A stretch of 64,000 bases of DNA from contig CAWBZI010000004.1 of NCBI GenBank assembly GCA_963793265.1, positions 288,001 to 352,000 on the forward strand, written 5' to 3'. Below, in pieces: positions 1-10,033 of this stretch. The notes below the pieces were generated by a model. The model worked only from the letters and a program-made list of their open reading frames with translations. It was not told where the DNA came from and ran no database searches. A program made the position numbers and the translations under genes. The stretch's first letter is position 1. Each line of letters opens with the position of its first letter. Source of the stretch: an uncultured cyanobacterium (GTDB lineage Bacteria; Cyanobacteriota; Cyanobacteriia; Phormidesmidales; Phormidesmidaceae).

Positions 1-642
1 GATATTGCTGATAAGAAGACGGGTGCTTATTCAGGCGGGCAGCAAAAGCGGTTAGATTTGGCGGTGGGATTGCTGCATCAGCCTGCTGTTCTTGTATTAG
101 ATGAGCCGACGGTAGGGCTCGATATCGAGAGTCGCACGGCGGTATGGAATTTTTTGCGGAAGCTGCGTGATGAAGGCACGACGATTTTGCTGACGAGCCA
201 CTATTTAGAAGAGGTGGACGTGTTGGCTAATCGGGTGGCGATTATTGATGCGGGTAGGGTGATCTCGTCGGGGACGCCTGCTGCGCTGAAGGCTGAGGTT
301 GGGGGCGATCGCATCACCCTCCGCATTCGCGAATTCACCTCAGACGACGAAGCCGCTAAAGCCCGATCTCTCCTTGGCGACCTACCCGTCGTCCAAGAAG
401 CCATTATCAACAGCGCCCAAGGTAATTCTTTAAATTTGGTCGTAAACAAAGACGCCGACGCGCTTTCTGCTGTGCAATCTGCTCTCAAGGCAGCAGACCT
501 TCCTACCTTTGGCATTTCTCAAAGTCAGCCAAGCTTAGATGACGTATATCTTGCGGCGACAGGCCGCACCTTGATGGATGCTGAGATGGCTGCTGTGGGC
601 AAGCGCGACATCAAGAAAGAGAAAAAGCAAAGTATGCGATAG
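1..642 (+). CDS. ABC transporter ATP-binding protein (DrrA/ABC-2 type), 5' truncated by the window edge
   Basis: Frame open from base 1: signature YSGGQQKRL, Walker B/D-loop VLVLDEPTVGLD, H-loop TSHY. Confidence 0.9.
   Translation, partial: DIADKKTGAYSGGQQKRLDLAVGLLHQPAVLVLDEPTVGLDIESRTAVWNFLRKLRDEGTTILLTSHYLEEVDVLANRVAIIDAGRVISSGTPAALKAEVGGDRITLRIREFTSDDEAAKARSLLGDLPVVQEAIINSAQGNSLNLVVNKDADALSAVQSALKAADLPTFGISQSQPSLDDVYLAATGRTLMDAEMAAVGKRDIKKEKKQSMR
305..312. repeat. HIP1 octamer GCGATCGC (first of many copies, e.g. also 17445, 27250, 29074, 38028)
   Basis: Exact palindrome recurring throughout genes and spacers; hallmark of many cyanobacteria. Confidence 0.95.
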
Positions 643-714
643 GGATCTGCTGTTTGGAAAGCATTAGATTAGTAACCGTAAATATTAGGCAGCGGGTGCC
701 GTACGCAGCTATAT

Positions 715-1191
715 ATGAGCCAAAGCTACCGAATCTACCTCGATGCTTGCTGTCTCAATCGCCCGTTTGACGATCGCAATCAGCCGCGTATTCTGCTCGA
801 AGCTGAGGCTGTTTTAACTATTCTGAGTCGTTGTGAGTCTGGGCAGTGGCAGCTTATCACCAGTAACGCTCTTGATGTCGAATTGGGTCAGACTCCAGAT
901 AGGGAGCGCTTGAATAGCGTTAGACTGGTGCTGGCGATCGCGACCATCAAAGTCGTCATAAGCCAGGATTTAGAGAACCGTTCTTTAGAATTACAAGCGC
1001 TGGGCTTTACTCTTTTTGATGCAACACACATAGCTAGTGCCGAACGGGGCCAAGCTGATGCTTTTCTATCTACCGACGATAGGCTCGTTAAGAGGGCGAA
1101 GCGCTATGCTCAGCTTATACATATTCCGGTTGAGAACCCAGTTTCATGGCTGATGAGACTGACTGAATCAGAGGGAACTAACAATGCCTAA
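715..1191 (+). CDS. PIN-domain (VapC-like) protein, putative toxin
   Basis: IYLDAC N-terminal motif, conserved E, DATHIASA and FLSTDD acidic PIN motifs. Confidence 0.8.
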   Translation: MSQSYRIYLDACCLNRPFDDRNQPRILLEAEAVLTILSRCESGQWQLITSNALDVELGQTPDRERLNSVRLVLAIATIKVVISQDLENRSLELQALGFTLFDATHIASAERGQADAFLSTDDRLVKRAKRYAQLIHIPVENPVSWLMRLTESEGTNNA

Positions 1192-1411
1192 AACACAGCA
1201 GGAAATTGTACGTCAGGGCTATCAAAGCCTGGTGAAAACGCTTGGCATTGTCGATGCTATTAAGTTTATCCAGTATTTCAGCCCTGGTCGCGGCAACTAC
1301 ACGCAAGAACGCCACAGTTGGTTGCAGCAGACGACTCCAAGCGATATCTTTGAAGATATGCGTCAGTGCAGAGATAGCGACAACCAAAAGTACGACGAGC
1401 TGATTGAGTAA
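1184..1411 (+). CDS. Small protein overlapping the PIN gene, putative antitoxin partner
   Basis: 75 aa, 8-nt overlap with the PIN ORF, GxxDAIKFIQxF...GxGNYTxER pattern. Confidence 0.6.
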   Translation: MPKTQQEIVRQGYQSLVKTLGIVDAIKFIQYFSPGRGNYTQERHSWLQQTTPSDIFEDMRQCRDSDNQKYDELIE

Positions 1412-1553
1412 TTTTGCCCTGAGATAGCCCTGCTAATCTTACTAGCAACAAAGAGCGTAGCCTACGCTTGCGCCTACTGAGAAAATGCTTTTTACTAATA
1501 GCATTGTGCATCGCTCGTAGCAAGCGAGCGCCTAGTAGAGGAGACGCGCGAGG

Positions 1554-3410
1554 GTGAAGGCTCAGGAAGTATTACGCCGCTATGCTGCTGGAGAGCGCAA
1601 ATTTCAGGGCGCAAATTTGCGCGGCGCGAACTTTGTAGGGCAAGACCTGAGCGGTGCAGACTTTAGCGGCGCGGATATTCGTAGCGCAAATTTTAGTAAT
1701 GCAACGCTTAGAGGCGCGAACTTTACGAATGTGCAGGCCGGGTTGCAGAGGCGGTGGGCCACTGTGCAACTGGTGATCGTGTTTGTGATCGCGGCGATTG
1801 CAGGTGTCTTGCAAGCGTTTGCTGGTATTTTCGCTGCGTTCTTTTTCGATCCAACAAACTTTAGTAGTCCACTCGAACAAGCAATTGCAATTGGAGTTTT
1901 CTTACTGCTGATTGCGGTAACTTATCTTGCAATTGCGTTACAAGGATTATCAAGTCGAGCATTGGGCTCGATCATAGTTTCATTTGCAGTCGCAGTCACA
2001 GGCGCAGTCTTAGGCTTGTTATTTAGTCTCTTTATTGGCTGGCGCGTACTGAAAGAAGATGAAAAGTTTGATACTGTAAGAGCTATCGGCCTAACCATGT
2101 CCGCAATCGGCGGTACCGCTTTTTGTGGTGCCGATCTCACAGGCGCGACCTTCGAGCAGTCACGACTTGAAAGTACTAACCTCGCTAATACCCGGCAACA
2201 ACAAACAAACCTCACTCACGTCTATTGGCAAAACGCTCAGCAGCTTAATCGCGCCCGCCTTGGCACCACCATCCTGCAAGACCGTCGCGTCCGCACCTTG
2301 CTAGATGGCTCCCAAAGTGGCTATAAACAAAACCTTTCTAACGCCAACCTGCGAGGCGCAAACCTCAGCGGCCTCACCCTCGAAAGCGCTAATCTTACCC
2401 GCGCTATCCTTTCTGGTGCCCGCCTCCACAAAACTATGCTAGAAGGCGCAATCCTCACTGAAGCTCAAGCTATCGGCGCAGACTTCGCAGGCGCGTATCT
2501 CACTGGAGCCAAACTAGAAGGCTGGAACATCGACACCACCACTGTGCTAAAAGACATCGACTGCCGCTACGTTTTTTTGCTCGAAAAGCCCAATCAAAAT
2601 GGTGATCAAGAACGCCGCCCTCACGATCCTAATAAAATCTTTCAATCCGGCGATTTTGAAAAGTTCTTCAAAGAAATGCTTGACGAAGTGCAAATTTTAA
2701 TCCGTGACGGCATTCACCCCACTGCCTTCCGCGCTGCCTTCCAAAGCATCATGCAACAAAACCCTGCCATTACCCCTAATGCCATCACCGGCTATGAAAA
2801 ACGCGGCCCGGACGTAATGCTCACCATCCAAATCCCTGAAGGCACAAATAAGGCGGATGTAGAACGCGTTTGGGACGAAGGCTACCAAATTGGACTCCGA
2901 GCAGGTCGAGATGCCGAAAAACTAGAAAGCGTTGATTTTCTCAAACAGACCCTGCTTCTATCCGCTGGTAAAAACAACACAATCGTAAACGAGAACAAAC
3001 TTATGACAGGCAACGACCAAAGCCAAAACATTGACGTAAAAGGAAATTTCACCGTCACCGCAAACAATTCTGTTGTTAGCCTTCGCGACATCAGCGGCCA
3101 AGTGAACAACCAGATAGCCAAGCTCAGTGACGAGCCCGTTCAAACCCAGCTAAAAGATCTTCTCGCCCAGCTTCAAACCGCTATCGAAGCCGAACCGGCC
3201 CTCAACGAAGAGCAAAAAACGGAAGCTCTAGAAGAAGTGAAAGAACTTGCCGCCGCAGGACAATCACCGCAGGACGGGCCAATGAAAAAAGCTGCTAAGC
3301 GAGCCATCACAGTGCTCAAAGGTATAACCGTTGGATTAGGTGAAACGACAAAATTTGTAGAAGCTTGCAACGGCCTTTTGCCTGCAATTAGCGCCCTCTT
3401 CGGCTTATAG
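1554..3410 (+). CDS. Pentapeptide-repeat membrane protein
   Basis: A(N/D)L/FxG repeats in several blocks, several TM helices, helical C-terminal domain; GTG start with GGAG upstream. Confidence 0.85.
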   Translation: MKAQEVLRRYAAGERKFQGANLRGANFVGQDLSGADFSGADIRSANFSNATLRGANFTNVQAGLQRRWATVQLVIVFVIAAIAGVLQAFAGIFAAFFFDPTNFSSPLEQAIAIGVFLLLIAVTYLAIALQGLSSRALGSIIVSFAVAVTGAVLGLLFSLFIGWRVLKEDEKFDTVRAIGLTMSAIGGTAFCGADLTGATFEQSRLESTNLANTRQQQTNLTHVYWQNAQQLNRARLGTTILQDRRVRTLLDGSQSGYKQNLSNANLRGANLSGLTLESANLTRAILSGARLHKTMLEGAILTEAQAIGADFAGAYLTGAKLEGWNIDTTTVLKDIDCRYVFLLEKPNQNGDQERRPHDPNKIFQSGDFEKFFKEMLDEVQILIRDGIHPTAFRAAFQSIMQQNPAITPNAITGYEKRGPDVMLTIQIPEGTNKADVERVWDEGYQIGLRAGRDAEKLESVDFLKQTLLLSAGKNNTIVNENKLMTGNDQSQNIDVKGNFTVTANNSVVSLRDISGQVNNQIAKLSDEPVQTQLKDLLAQLQTAIEAEPALNEEQKTEALEEVKELAAAGQSPQDGPMKKAAKRAITVLKGITVGLGETTKFVEACNGLLPAISALFGL

Positions 3411-3520
3411 AAGGGCTTCGCATTACAATTGACGCACTATACCCCTGGCTTTGCACTCAACCTAAGCGAAATTTTTCAGATATCTCCTTAGAATAGAAAT
3501 AGCCCCTACGCTCCCTCCTG

Positions 3521-4384
3521 ATGACACAAACCCAACTCCCTAATTCCTCAATCCCCCAATCCCTAACCGCTCCCGGCACTGCCGAATTCATCCAAGAAAC
3601 CGCCGCTCTCACCCGCCGCCTATTCATTCAGCTTCAGCGCCGCCCGACTACATTAGTCGCAGGCGTCATTCAGCCCTTAATGTGGCTAATCCTCTTTGGC
3701 GCACTTTTCCAAAACGTGCCCAAAGGACTCTTCGGTGAAAGTCAAAACTACGGCCAGTTCCTCGGCGCAGGCATTATCGTATTCACTGCCTTCGCGGGAG
3801 CCCTAAACGCTGGGCTTCCCGTGATGTTCGATCGCGAGTTTGGCTTTTTGAACCGGCTGCTAGTAGCCCCTCTCGCCTCTCGCTTCTCAATAGTGGTGGC
3901 CTCTGCACTCTTCATCGCGACCTTGAGCCTGATTCAAACGACCGCAATTGTCGTACTGAGCGCCTTTTTAGGTGCGGGCCTGCCAGGACTCAGCGGACTA
4001 TTGCTAATGGTGGCGATTGTGCTCACGCTGGTATTTGGTGTGACTGCACTTAGCTTAGGACTGGCTTTTGCTTTGCCTGGTCATATTGAGCTACTGGCTG
4101 TCATTTTTATCACGAACCTGCCTTTGCTGTTTGCCAGTACAGCGCTGGTGCCGCTGTCATTTATGCCGCCTTGGCTACAGGTTGTCGCTAGCCTGAACCC
4201 CTTGAGCTATGCCATTGAGCCGATTCGCTATATCTATCTGCATCCTGATTGGAGCTTTGGCAGTATCGTGATGGAAGCGCCTTTTGCTGATATTAGTATG
4301 GGCATGGCGCTGGCAATTTTGCTGGCGTTTAGCGCGATCGCCTTCGCCCTCATTCGCCCCCTCATCAGCCGCCGCATTGCCTAG
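3521..4384 (+). CDS. ABC-2 type transporter permease (DrrB-like)
   Basis: About six TM helices, DREFGFLNRLLVAP and LNPLSYA motifs. Confidence 0.9.
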   Translation: MTQTQLPNSSIPQSLTAPGTAEFIQETAALTRRLFIQLQRRPTTLVAGVIQPLMWLILFGALFQNVPKGLFGESQNYGQFLGAGIIVFTAFAGALNAGLPVMFDREFGFLNRLLVAPLASRFSIVVASALFIATLSLIQTTAIVVLSAFLGAGLPGLSGLLLMVAIVLTLVFGVTALSLGLAFALPGHIELLAVIFITNLPLLFASTALVPLSFMPPWLQVVASLNPLSYAIEPIRYIYLHPDWSFGSIVMEAPFADISMGMALAILLAFSAIAFALIRPLISRRIA

Positions 4385-4547
4385 TCGGTCAATAAGCCCG
4401 CCGATGGACAGACGCCTAACAGATCGGCATAATTCAATAAAAGTATTTAAAAGCGGTTGGTACACTAAGAAAAGTTAATACCTGGAACTTACAGCTTTGC
4501 CTCAGTCCAGCGTATTTTTGTCCAAAACACACATAGAGGATGAATAG

Positions 4548-4892
4548 ATGCGTAAGTTAACCACCCGGTTAATGGGCGTTGGATTAGTTTTAGGAATGGG
4601 CCTTGCGGCTGCCCCTGCCATGGCTCAAGATTCTGGTATTGCCAATACCGCTGAAGATTTTAATTCGGCAGATAGCGGCGACGGTATTTTAGGCTCAAAC
4701 GTAGATATTTGGGATATTATGCATCGTGTGAATTCTAGCGGTGCAGGCGTTGCTGATGAAGGATTTCGCCGTAGTCAGAGCCGTCGCATCAATCGTGAAG
4801 CCGAGTCCTTGCGAGCACGTCAGCGGGCAATTTTGCAACAGCGGAATGCGGCTGAGCCTCAAGCGGATTCTGTAGAGCTAACGGCCGAGTAG
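4548..4892 (+). CDS. Hypothetical secreted protein
   Basis: SD AGAGGA, signal peptide ending AMA-Q, followed by a terminator. Confidence 0.65.
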   Translation: MRKLTTRLMGVGLVLGMGLAAAPAMAQDSGIANTAEDFNSADSGDGILGSNVDIWDIMHRVNSSGAGVADEGFRRSQSRRINREAESLRARQRAILQQRNAAEPQADSVELTAE

Positions 4893-4921
4893 CTTCGCTA
4901 CGATTCCAAGTAGTTTGTCTT

Positions 4922-4964
4922 AAAGCCCTTCAAAAGCACTGCCTTTTGGAGGGCTTTTTGTTTT
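4922..4964 (+). terminator. Intrinsic terminator
   Basis: AAAGCCCTTCAAAAG / CTTTTGGAGGGCTTT stem followed by a T tract. Confidence 0.7.
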
Positions 4965-5078
4965 CCTCAGTTCGTGCCCTCCCTAACATATGTACCGATT
5001 GTTTCGCCGTGAGCGCAAGAAGGCTCAGATCACTGCTACCATTTAACCTGATTAGACGCCCTGTGAACCGCACCCCCA

Positions 5079-8000
5079 ATGACTGCAACCCCGCCGACGC
5101 TAGCGAGCCAGTACGACCCAACCGTTACCGAAACCAAGTGGCAGCAGTACTGGGAACAAAACGAAGTCTTTAAGGCTGATCCGAGTAAAGGGGGCGAGCC
5201 TTTTTGCGTGATGATTCCGCCGCCAAACGTGACGGGCAGCTTGCACATGGGCCATGCGTTTGAAGAGACGCTGATTGATACGGTGGTGCGCTATCAGAGG
5301 ATGAAAGGGCGCAATACGCTATGGCTACCGGGTACTGATCATGCCAGCATTGCGGTGCAGACGATCTTAGAGCGGCAGTTTGCAGAAGAAGGTAAGACTC
5401 GCGAGGAAGTAGGACGAGAGAAATTTTTAGAGCGGGCCTGGGAGTGGAAGGCTGAGTCGGGCGGCACGATTGTCAACCAGCTTCGTAAGCTAGGCGTTTC
5501 GGTAGATTGGAGCCGCGAGCGCTTCACGATGGATGATGGGCTTTCGACGGCGGTGCTGACTGCGTTTAATCAGCTACACGAGGAAGGGCTAATTTACCGG
5601 GGTAGCTACATGGTGAACTGGTGCCCGGCCAGTCAGTCGGCGGTGTCTGACCTTGAAGTAGAGAATAAGGAAATAGACGGCCATCTGTGGCACTTTCGCT
5701 ATCCGCTGACAAATGGTGAGGGCGAGCTAGAAGTGGCGACGACCCGGCCCGAGACGATGCTGGGCGATACGGCGGTGGCGGTGAATCCGAATGATGATCG
5801 CTACAAGCATTTGATCGGGCAGACCTTGATGCTGCCTTTGATGAACCGTGAGATTCCGATTATTGGCGACGAGTTTGTCGATATGGAATTTGGGACGGGC
5901 TGCGTGAAGGTGACGCCTGCGCACGATCCAAATGACTTTGAGATGGGTAAGCGGCACGATTTGCCGGTGATTAATATCTTGAATAAGGACGGTACGCTGA
6001 ATGAGAATGCGGGTGAGTTTGCAGGCGTAGATCGCTTTGAAGCTCGCGAGTGGGTGATTGAGCGGCTGCGATCAGAAGGGCGGTTAGGTGAGATTGAGGA
6101 CTACAAGCATTCGGTGCCTTATAGCGATCGCGGCAAAGTCCCAGTAGAACCCTTAATCTCAACCCAGTGGTTTGTCAAAATTAGGCCGATGGCCGACAAG
6201 GCACTGGCCGCACTAGACGCCCAACAAGACCCTCAGTTTGTGCCCGAACGCTGGACAAAGGTGTACCGCGACTGGCTGGTAAACCTTAAGGATTGGTGTA
6301 TCTCTCGGCAGCTTTGGTGGGGTCACCAAATTCCAGCCTGGTACATTGTCAGTGAAACCGATGGCGAGATTTGTGACAACACGCCGTTTGTGGTTGCTAT
6401 GAACGAGAATGAAGCGATTAACAAAGCGGCCACTCAAGTAGGGCACGAAGTAGAAGTACGACAAGATCCAGATGTGTTAGACACCTGGTTCTCTTCTGGC
6501 CTATGGCCGATGTCTACGCTTGGTTGGCCTGATACCGACGCGCCCGACTACAAGTTTTACTACCCTACCCAAACGCTTGTCACTGGCTTCGATATCATCT
6601 TCTTCTGGGTTGCTCGTATGACCCTGATGGCAGGCCACTTCACCGGCCAAATGCCGTTCGACACCGTGTATATTCATGGGCTAGTGAGAGACGAAAATAA
6701 TCAAAAAATGTCGAAGTCTAAGGGCAACGGCATCGATCCGTTAATTTTGATTAGTAAGTACGGCACCGACGCTTTACGCTACACGCTAGTTCGCGAAGTT
6801 GCCGGAGCCGGTCAAGACATTCGCTTAGACTACAATCGTGAAAAAGACGAGTCGCTAGCCGTTGAAGCTTCGCGCAACTTCACTAACAAACTGTGGAACG
6901 CCTCTCGGTTTGTGATGATGAACTTAGGCGATTCTTCCCTTTCGGATTTAGGTGAGCCCGGTTCAACAGGAACGCCGCTTGAGCTGGCTGATAAGTGGAT
7001 TCTCTCTCGCTATCATCAAACAATCGAGAGGGTTCGCGTACAGCTTGACGACTATGGTATGGGTGAGGCTTCTAAAGAGCTGTACGAGTTTACCCGAGGA
7101 GACTTTTGCGACTGGTACATTGAGCTAGTAAAGCCGCGACTGTATGGTGACGGCGAGACTAAACGCACTGCTCAACAAACGCTAGCCTATGTGCTAGACG
7201 GCATTCTAAAGCTGTTGCATCCTTTCATGCCCCACATCACAGAGGAGCTGTGGCATACACTCACTCATGTTGGTGACGAAGATTGTCTAGCACTTCAACG
7301 TTACCCTGTCTCAGATGCTGAGCAAATCAATCCTGAGCTAGAACAACAGTTTGAGCTGTTGATTGACACGATTCGCACGATTCGGAATCTACGAGTTGAG
7401 GCAGGAATTAAGCCTTCTGCGAGAATTGAGACGATTTTGAAGACAGATAGTGAGGCAGAATTATCTACGCTTAACGCAACGCAAGACTATATACAACAGG
7501 TTGCTAGGGTAGACACGCTTACGATCACCCGGACTGATTTTGCGCCTGCTTCAGTGCCGGTAGCAGAGACGCTTTCTGTGGCTGAGGCGGCGGATATTGT
7601 TGTAGAAGGAAGAGCAGTGATCGCGCCACCTTCCTCCACCTTCAAAGGCTTTGAAGACAATGCAGCTTGGCAGCGAACCGTAAACGCATTTCTACAGTTC
7701 CTCAATGAGCCCACTCGCTATTTCGACAACTTTTTTGCGGATTACAAAAAGCCTGTGCTTTCGCTTTCCGTTTTGCTAGGCGTGGCGATGACCTACAAGG
7801 TGCTGCATTCTATGTTGGATGCGATCGCTGACGTACCCGGTTTAGCAAGTATCTTCCAGCTTATCGGTTTGGGCTATAGCGTGCAGTTCGGCGTGCGGAA
7901 GTTTTTGAAAGGAGACAGGCGCGATCGCGCAATTGCCGAACTTCAACGAATGTGGACTGAAGTGAAAGGAGACAGCGCAGAAACGAATCGCACAGTGGAA

Positions 8001-8390
8001 AATGTTTCTGAGCCTGCTGAGCCCAAAGAACCCGTTGAACTATCACCTACGCCTGAGGGTGTCACTGCGGCTGATATTATCAAAGCTGACTCTGAGGCCA
8101 AGCCTACATACAATCCTGCTAGCGATCAGCGCAAGATGTTTGCTGGTGTGACGGGTACGGTGCAGGTACTCATTCCATTAACTGGCGTAATCGATGTTGA
8201 TGCGCTCAGGGCTAAGTTAGAAAAAGATTTAAGCAAGGCAGAGGGTGAAATGAAGTCTTTTGGCGGTCGCTTAAAGAACAAAGGCTTTACGGATAAAGCG
8301 CCTGCTGAGGTAGTCCAAGGTGCGAGAGATGCGCTAGCTGAGGCTGAAAAGCAGGCTGAGCTGGTGCGTGAACGATTGGCAATGCTATAG
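5079..8390 (+). CDS. valS: Valine--tRNA ligase with CAAD membrane-anchor insertion
   Basis: [13 protein letters not shown] (HIGH) and KMSKS motifs, [13 protein letters not shown]-terminal coiled coil; hydrophobic CAAD-like insert at about 7660-7975. Confidence 0.97.
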   Translation: MTATPPTLASQYDPTVTETKWQQYWEQNEVFKADPSKGGEPFCVMIPPPNVTGSLHMGHAFEETLIDTVVRYQRMKGRNTLWLPGTDHASIAVQTILERQFAEEGKTREEVGREKFLERAWEWKAESGGTIVNQLRKLGVSVDWSRERFTMDDGLSTAVLTAFNQLHEEGLIYRGSYMVNWCPASQSAVSDLEVENKEIDGHLWHFRYPLTNGEGELEVATTRPETMLGDTAVAVNPNDDRYKHLIGQTLMLPLMNREIPIIGDEFVDMEFGTGCVKVTPAHDPNDFEMGKRHDLPVINILNKDGTLNENAGEFAGVDRFEAREWVIERLRSEGRLGEIEDYKHSVPYSDRGKVPVEPLISTQWFVKIRPMADKALAALDAQQDPQFVPERWTKVYRDWLVNLKDWCISRQLWWGHQIPAWYIVSETDGEICDNTPFVVAMNENEAINKAATQVGHEVEVRQDPDVLDTWFSSGLWPMSTLGWPDTDAPDYKFYYPTQTLVTGFDIIFFWVARMTLMAGHFTGQMPFDTVYIHGLVRDENNQKMSKSKGNGIDPLILISKYGTDALRYTLVREVAGAGQDIRLDYNREKDESLAVEASRNFTNKLWNASRFVMMNLGDSSLSDLGEPGSTGTPLELADKWILSRYHQTIERVRVQLDDYGMGEASKELYEFTRGDFCDWYIELVKPRLYGDGETKRTAQQTLAYVLDGILKLLHPFMPHITEELWHTLTHVGDEDCLALQRYPVSDAEQINPELEQQFELLIDTIRTIRNLRVEAGIKPSARIETILKTDSEAELSTLNATQDYIQQVARVDTLTITRTDFAPASVPVAETLSVAEAADIVVEGRAVIAPPSSTFKGFEDNAAWQRTVNAFLQFLNEPTRYFDNFFADYKKPVLSLSVLLGVAMTYKVLHSMLDAIADVPGLASIFQLIGLGYSVQFGVRKFLKGDRRDRAIAELQRMWTEVKGDSAETNRTVENVSEPAEPKEPVELSPTPEGVTAADIIKADSEAKPTYNPASDQRKMFAGVTGTVQVLIPLTGVIDVDALRAKLEKDLSKAEGEMKSFGGRLKNKGFTDKAPAEVVQGARDALAEAEKQAELVRERLAML

Positions 8391-8417
8391 GGAAACTATT
8401 ACAAGGAAACGTTGAAA

Positions 8418-8789
8418 ATGTATGATGTGATTGTTCTTTTTAAGCCTGCAATTCCAGTGAAGGTGAGCGATGTGGTGGTGTTAGCTGAGGCGATCGCGGC
8501 CAACAGTGACTCAAAAGTAGTGCAGCAAGATAATTTAGTTAATATTGAAAACGGCGAAGCTAAGCTCACGCTGGACTTTAGCAATGCGCCGACCGTAGAG
8601 GAAGAGGCCAACGAAATTGCCGAGCTTTTTGACGTGGACTGTGCGGGCTGCAAGGCGCGCGTAGAAATGGGCGGCTACGATCCTGAGATGGTGTTAATAG
8701 ACGACTATACCTCCTTAGTTAAACGCCTTGATAAAAACGAGAACGTTATTCTGTTTGATCCTGTAGAAGGTGCGGTACTAGAGCTTTAG
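8418..8789 (+). CDS. Hypothetical acidic protein
   Basis: About 123-aa ORF immediately after valS, protein-like composition; start uncertain (8412 or 8418). Confidence 0.55.
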   Translation: MYDVIVLFKPAIPVKVSDVVVLAEAIAANSDSKVVQQDNLVNIENGEAKLTLDFSNAPTVEEEANEIAELFDVDCAGCKARVEMGGYDPEMVLIDDYTSLVKRLDKNENVILFDPVEGAVLEL

Positions 8790-8877
8790 TGGGGAGATAG
8801 GCGCTATTGAGCTGCGTTGTTGAGTCAGATGTGTACCTCTGCAATGTCGCTGAGGTCTATGATGGCAACGCTTGAAG

Positions 8878-10023
8878 CTAATTAAGGCCCAGCGCCAAGA
8901 CGGCATTCTGCCCGCCGAATCCAAAGCTAAAGCACAGCATATTCCTTAAATTTGCTGCCCGATAGCTCTGCACAAACGCCAAATTGAAATCCGCTGATTC
9001 TAACCCTATACAAGGCGTCACGGCCTGCTGCTGTAAACTCAATAGGCCCAGCGCCACTGTCAATGCTCCCGAAGCGCCCAACGTATGACCTGTTGCTCCC
9101 TTACTCGCCATTACTGGCATCTGCCGTCCCAGAATCTGCGCCACTAGAGCTGCTTCCATCCGATCGTTCTGCGCGGTGCTTGTTCCATGGACATGCACCG
9201 CATCTATATCCTTGGCTTTAAGACCGCTGCGTTTCAAACAAAGTTCTACAGCTCGCCGTCCCATGGCATAGCTTGGGTCAAACGAACTCACATGATGACT
9301 ATCGTTCGTTATCCCTGCTGCCAAAATTCGCCCGTACACCTTCGCCTCTCGATCTGCTGCTAACGCCGCCGACTCTAACACCAGCACCGCGCCCCCTTCG
9401 CCTAATACAAATCCTTCTCTACGCTGGTCAAATGGATAGCAACCTGTTGTCGCCAGCGCTCCCATCTTGCGAAACCCCGCAATCGTCAAAGGCGTAATCG
9501 GAGACTCTACTGCGCCTGCCACTACCCGGCTACACTGCCCGCTACGAATCAGGTCTGCGGCCTGTGTGATCGCCCACACCCCTGTTGCACAAGCCGCCAT
9601 CGGAGCCAACAAAGGCCCGCCTGCTCCTACCAATCGAGCCGTCGTTAGCGCAGGTTCATGCGGTAACATTGCCAGCCAATCCCCACCGATCTCTCCCTGT
9701 CGTTGCTGAAGTGCGATCGCCTCCCAGTCCCGCAAATGGCTGCGACTAGAGCCTATTACTACGCCACAATCAACGCCTGCGATCTCACCGTTTAGTCCCG
9801 CGTCCATCCAGGCTTCTTGCACGACTCTTTCGGTAATGTACTTCAGCGGTTCAGGTTGCTTTCCCCGCATTGCCAGCGGACAGGGTGCTAGATCTAAAAA
9901 AGGCTGATGGAGCGCGATCGCACTCTCACCAGCCTTTAACCTTTGCCAAGTTGTTTGCACCGTCAGCCCTAACGCTGTCGTCAGACCGATTCCAGTTACA
10001 GCAACAGCCGTTTCACAGTTCAC
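8878..10023 (-). CDS. Beta-ketoacyl-ACP synthase (FabF-like, divergent paralogue)
   Basis: Catalytic Cys in AACATG, HGTST, KGATGHTLGASG, SFGFGGQN. Confidence 0.88.
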   Translation of the reverse strand: MNCETAVAVTGIGLTTALGLTVQTTWQRLKAGESAIALHQPFLDLAPCPLAMRGKQPEPLKYITERVVQEAWMDAGLNGEIAGVDCGVVIGSSRSHLRDWEAIALQQRQGEIGGDWLAMLPHEPALTTARLVGAGGPLLAPMAACATGVWAITQAADLIRSGQCSRVVAGAVESPITPLTIAGFRKMGALATTGCYPFDQRREGFVLGEGGAVLVLESAALAADREAKVYGRILAAGITNDSHHVSSFDPSYAMGRRAVELCLKRSGLKAKDIDAVHVHGTSTAQNDRMEAALVAQILGRQMPVMASKGATGHTLGASGALTVALGLLSLQQQAVTPCIGLESADFNLAFVQSYRAANLRNMLCFSFGFGGQNAVLALGLN

Positions 10024-10033
10024 TCAAGCGCCC

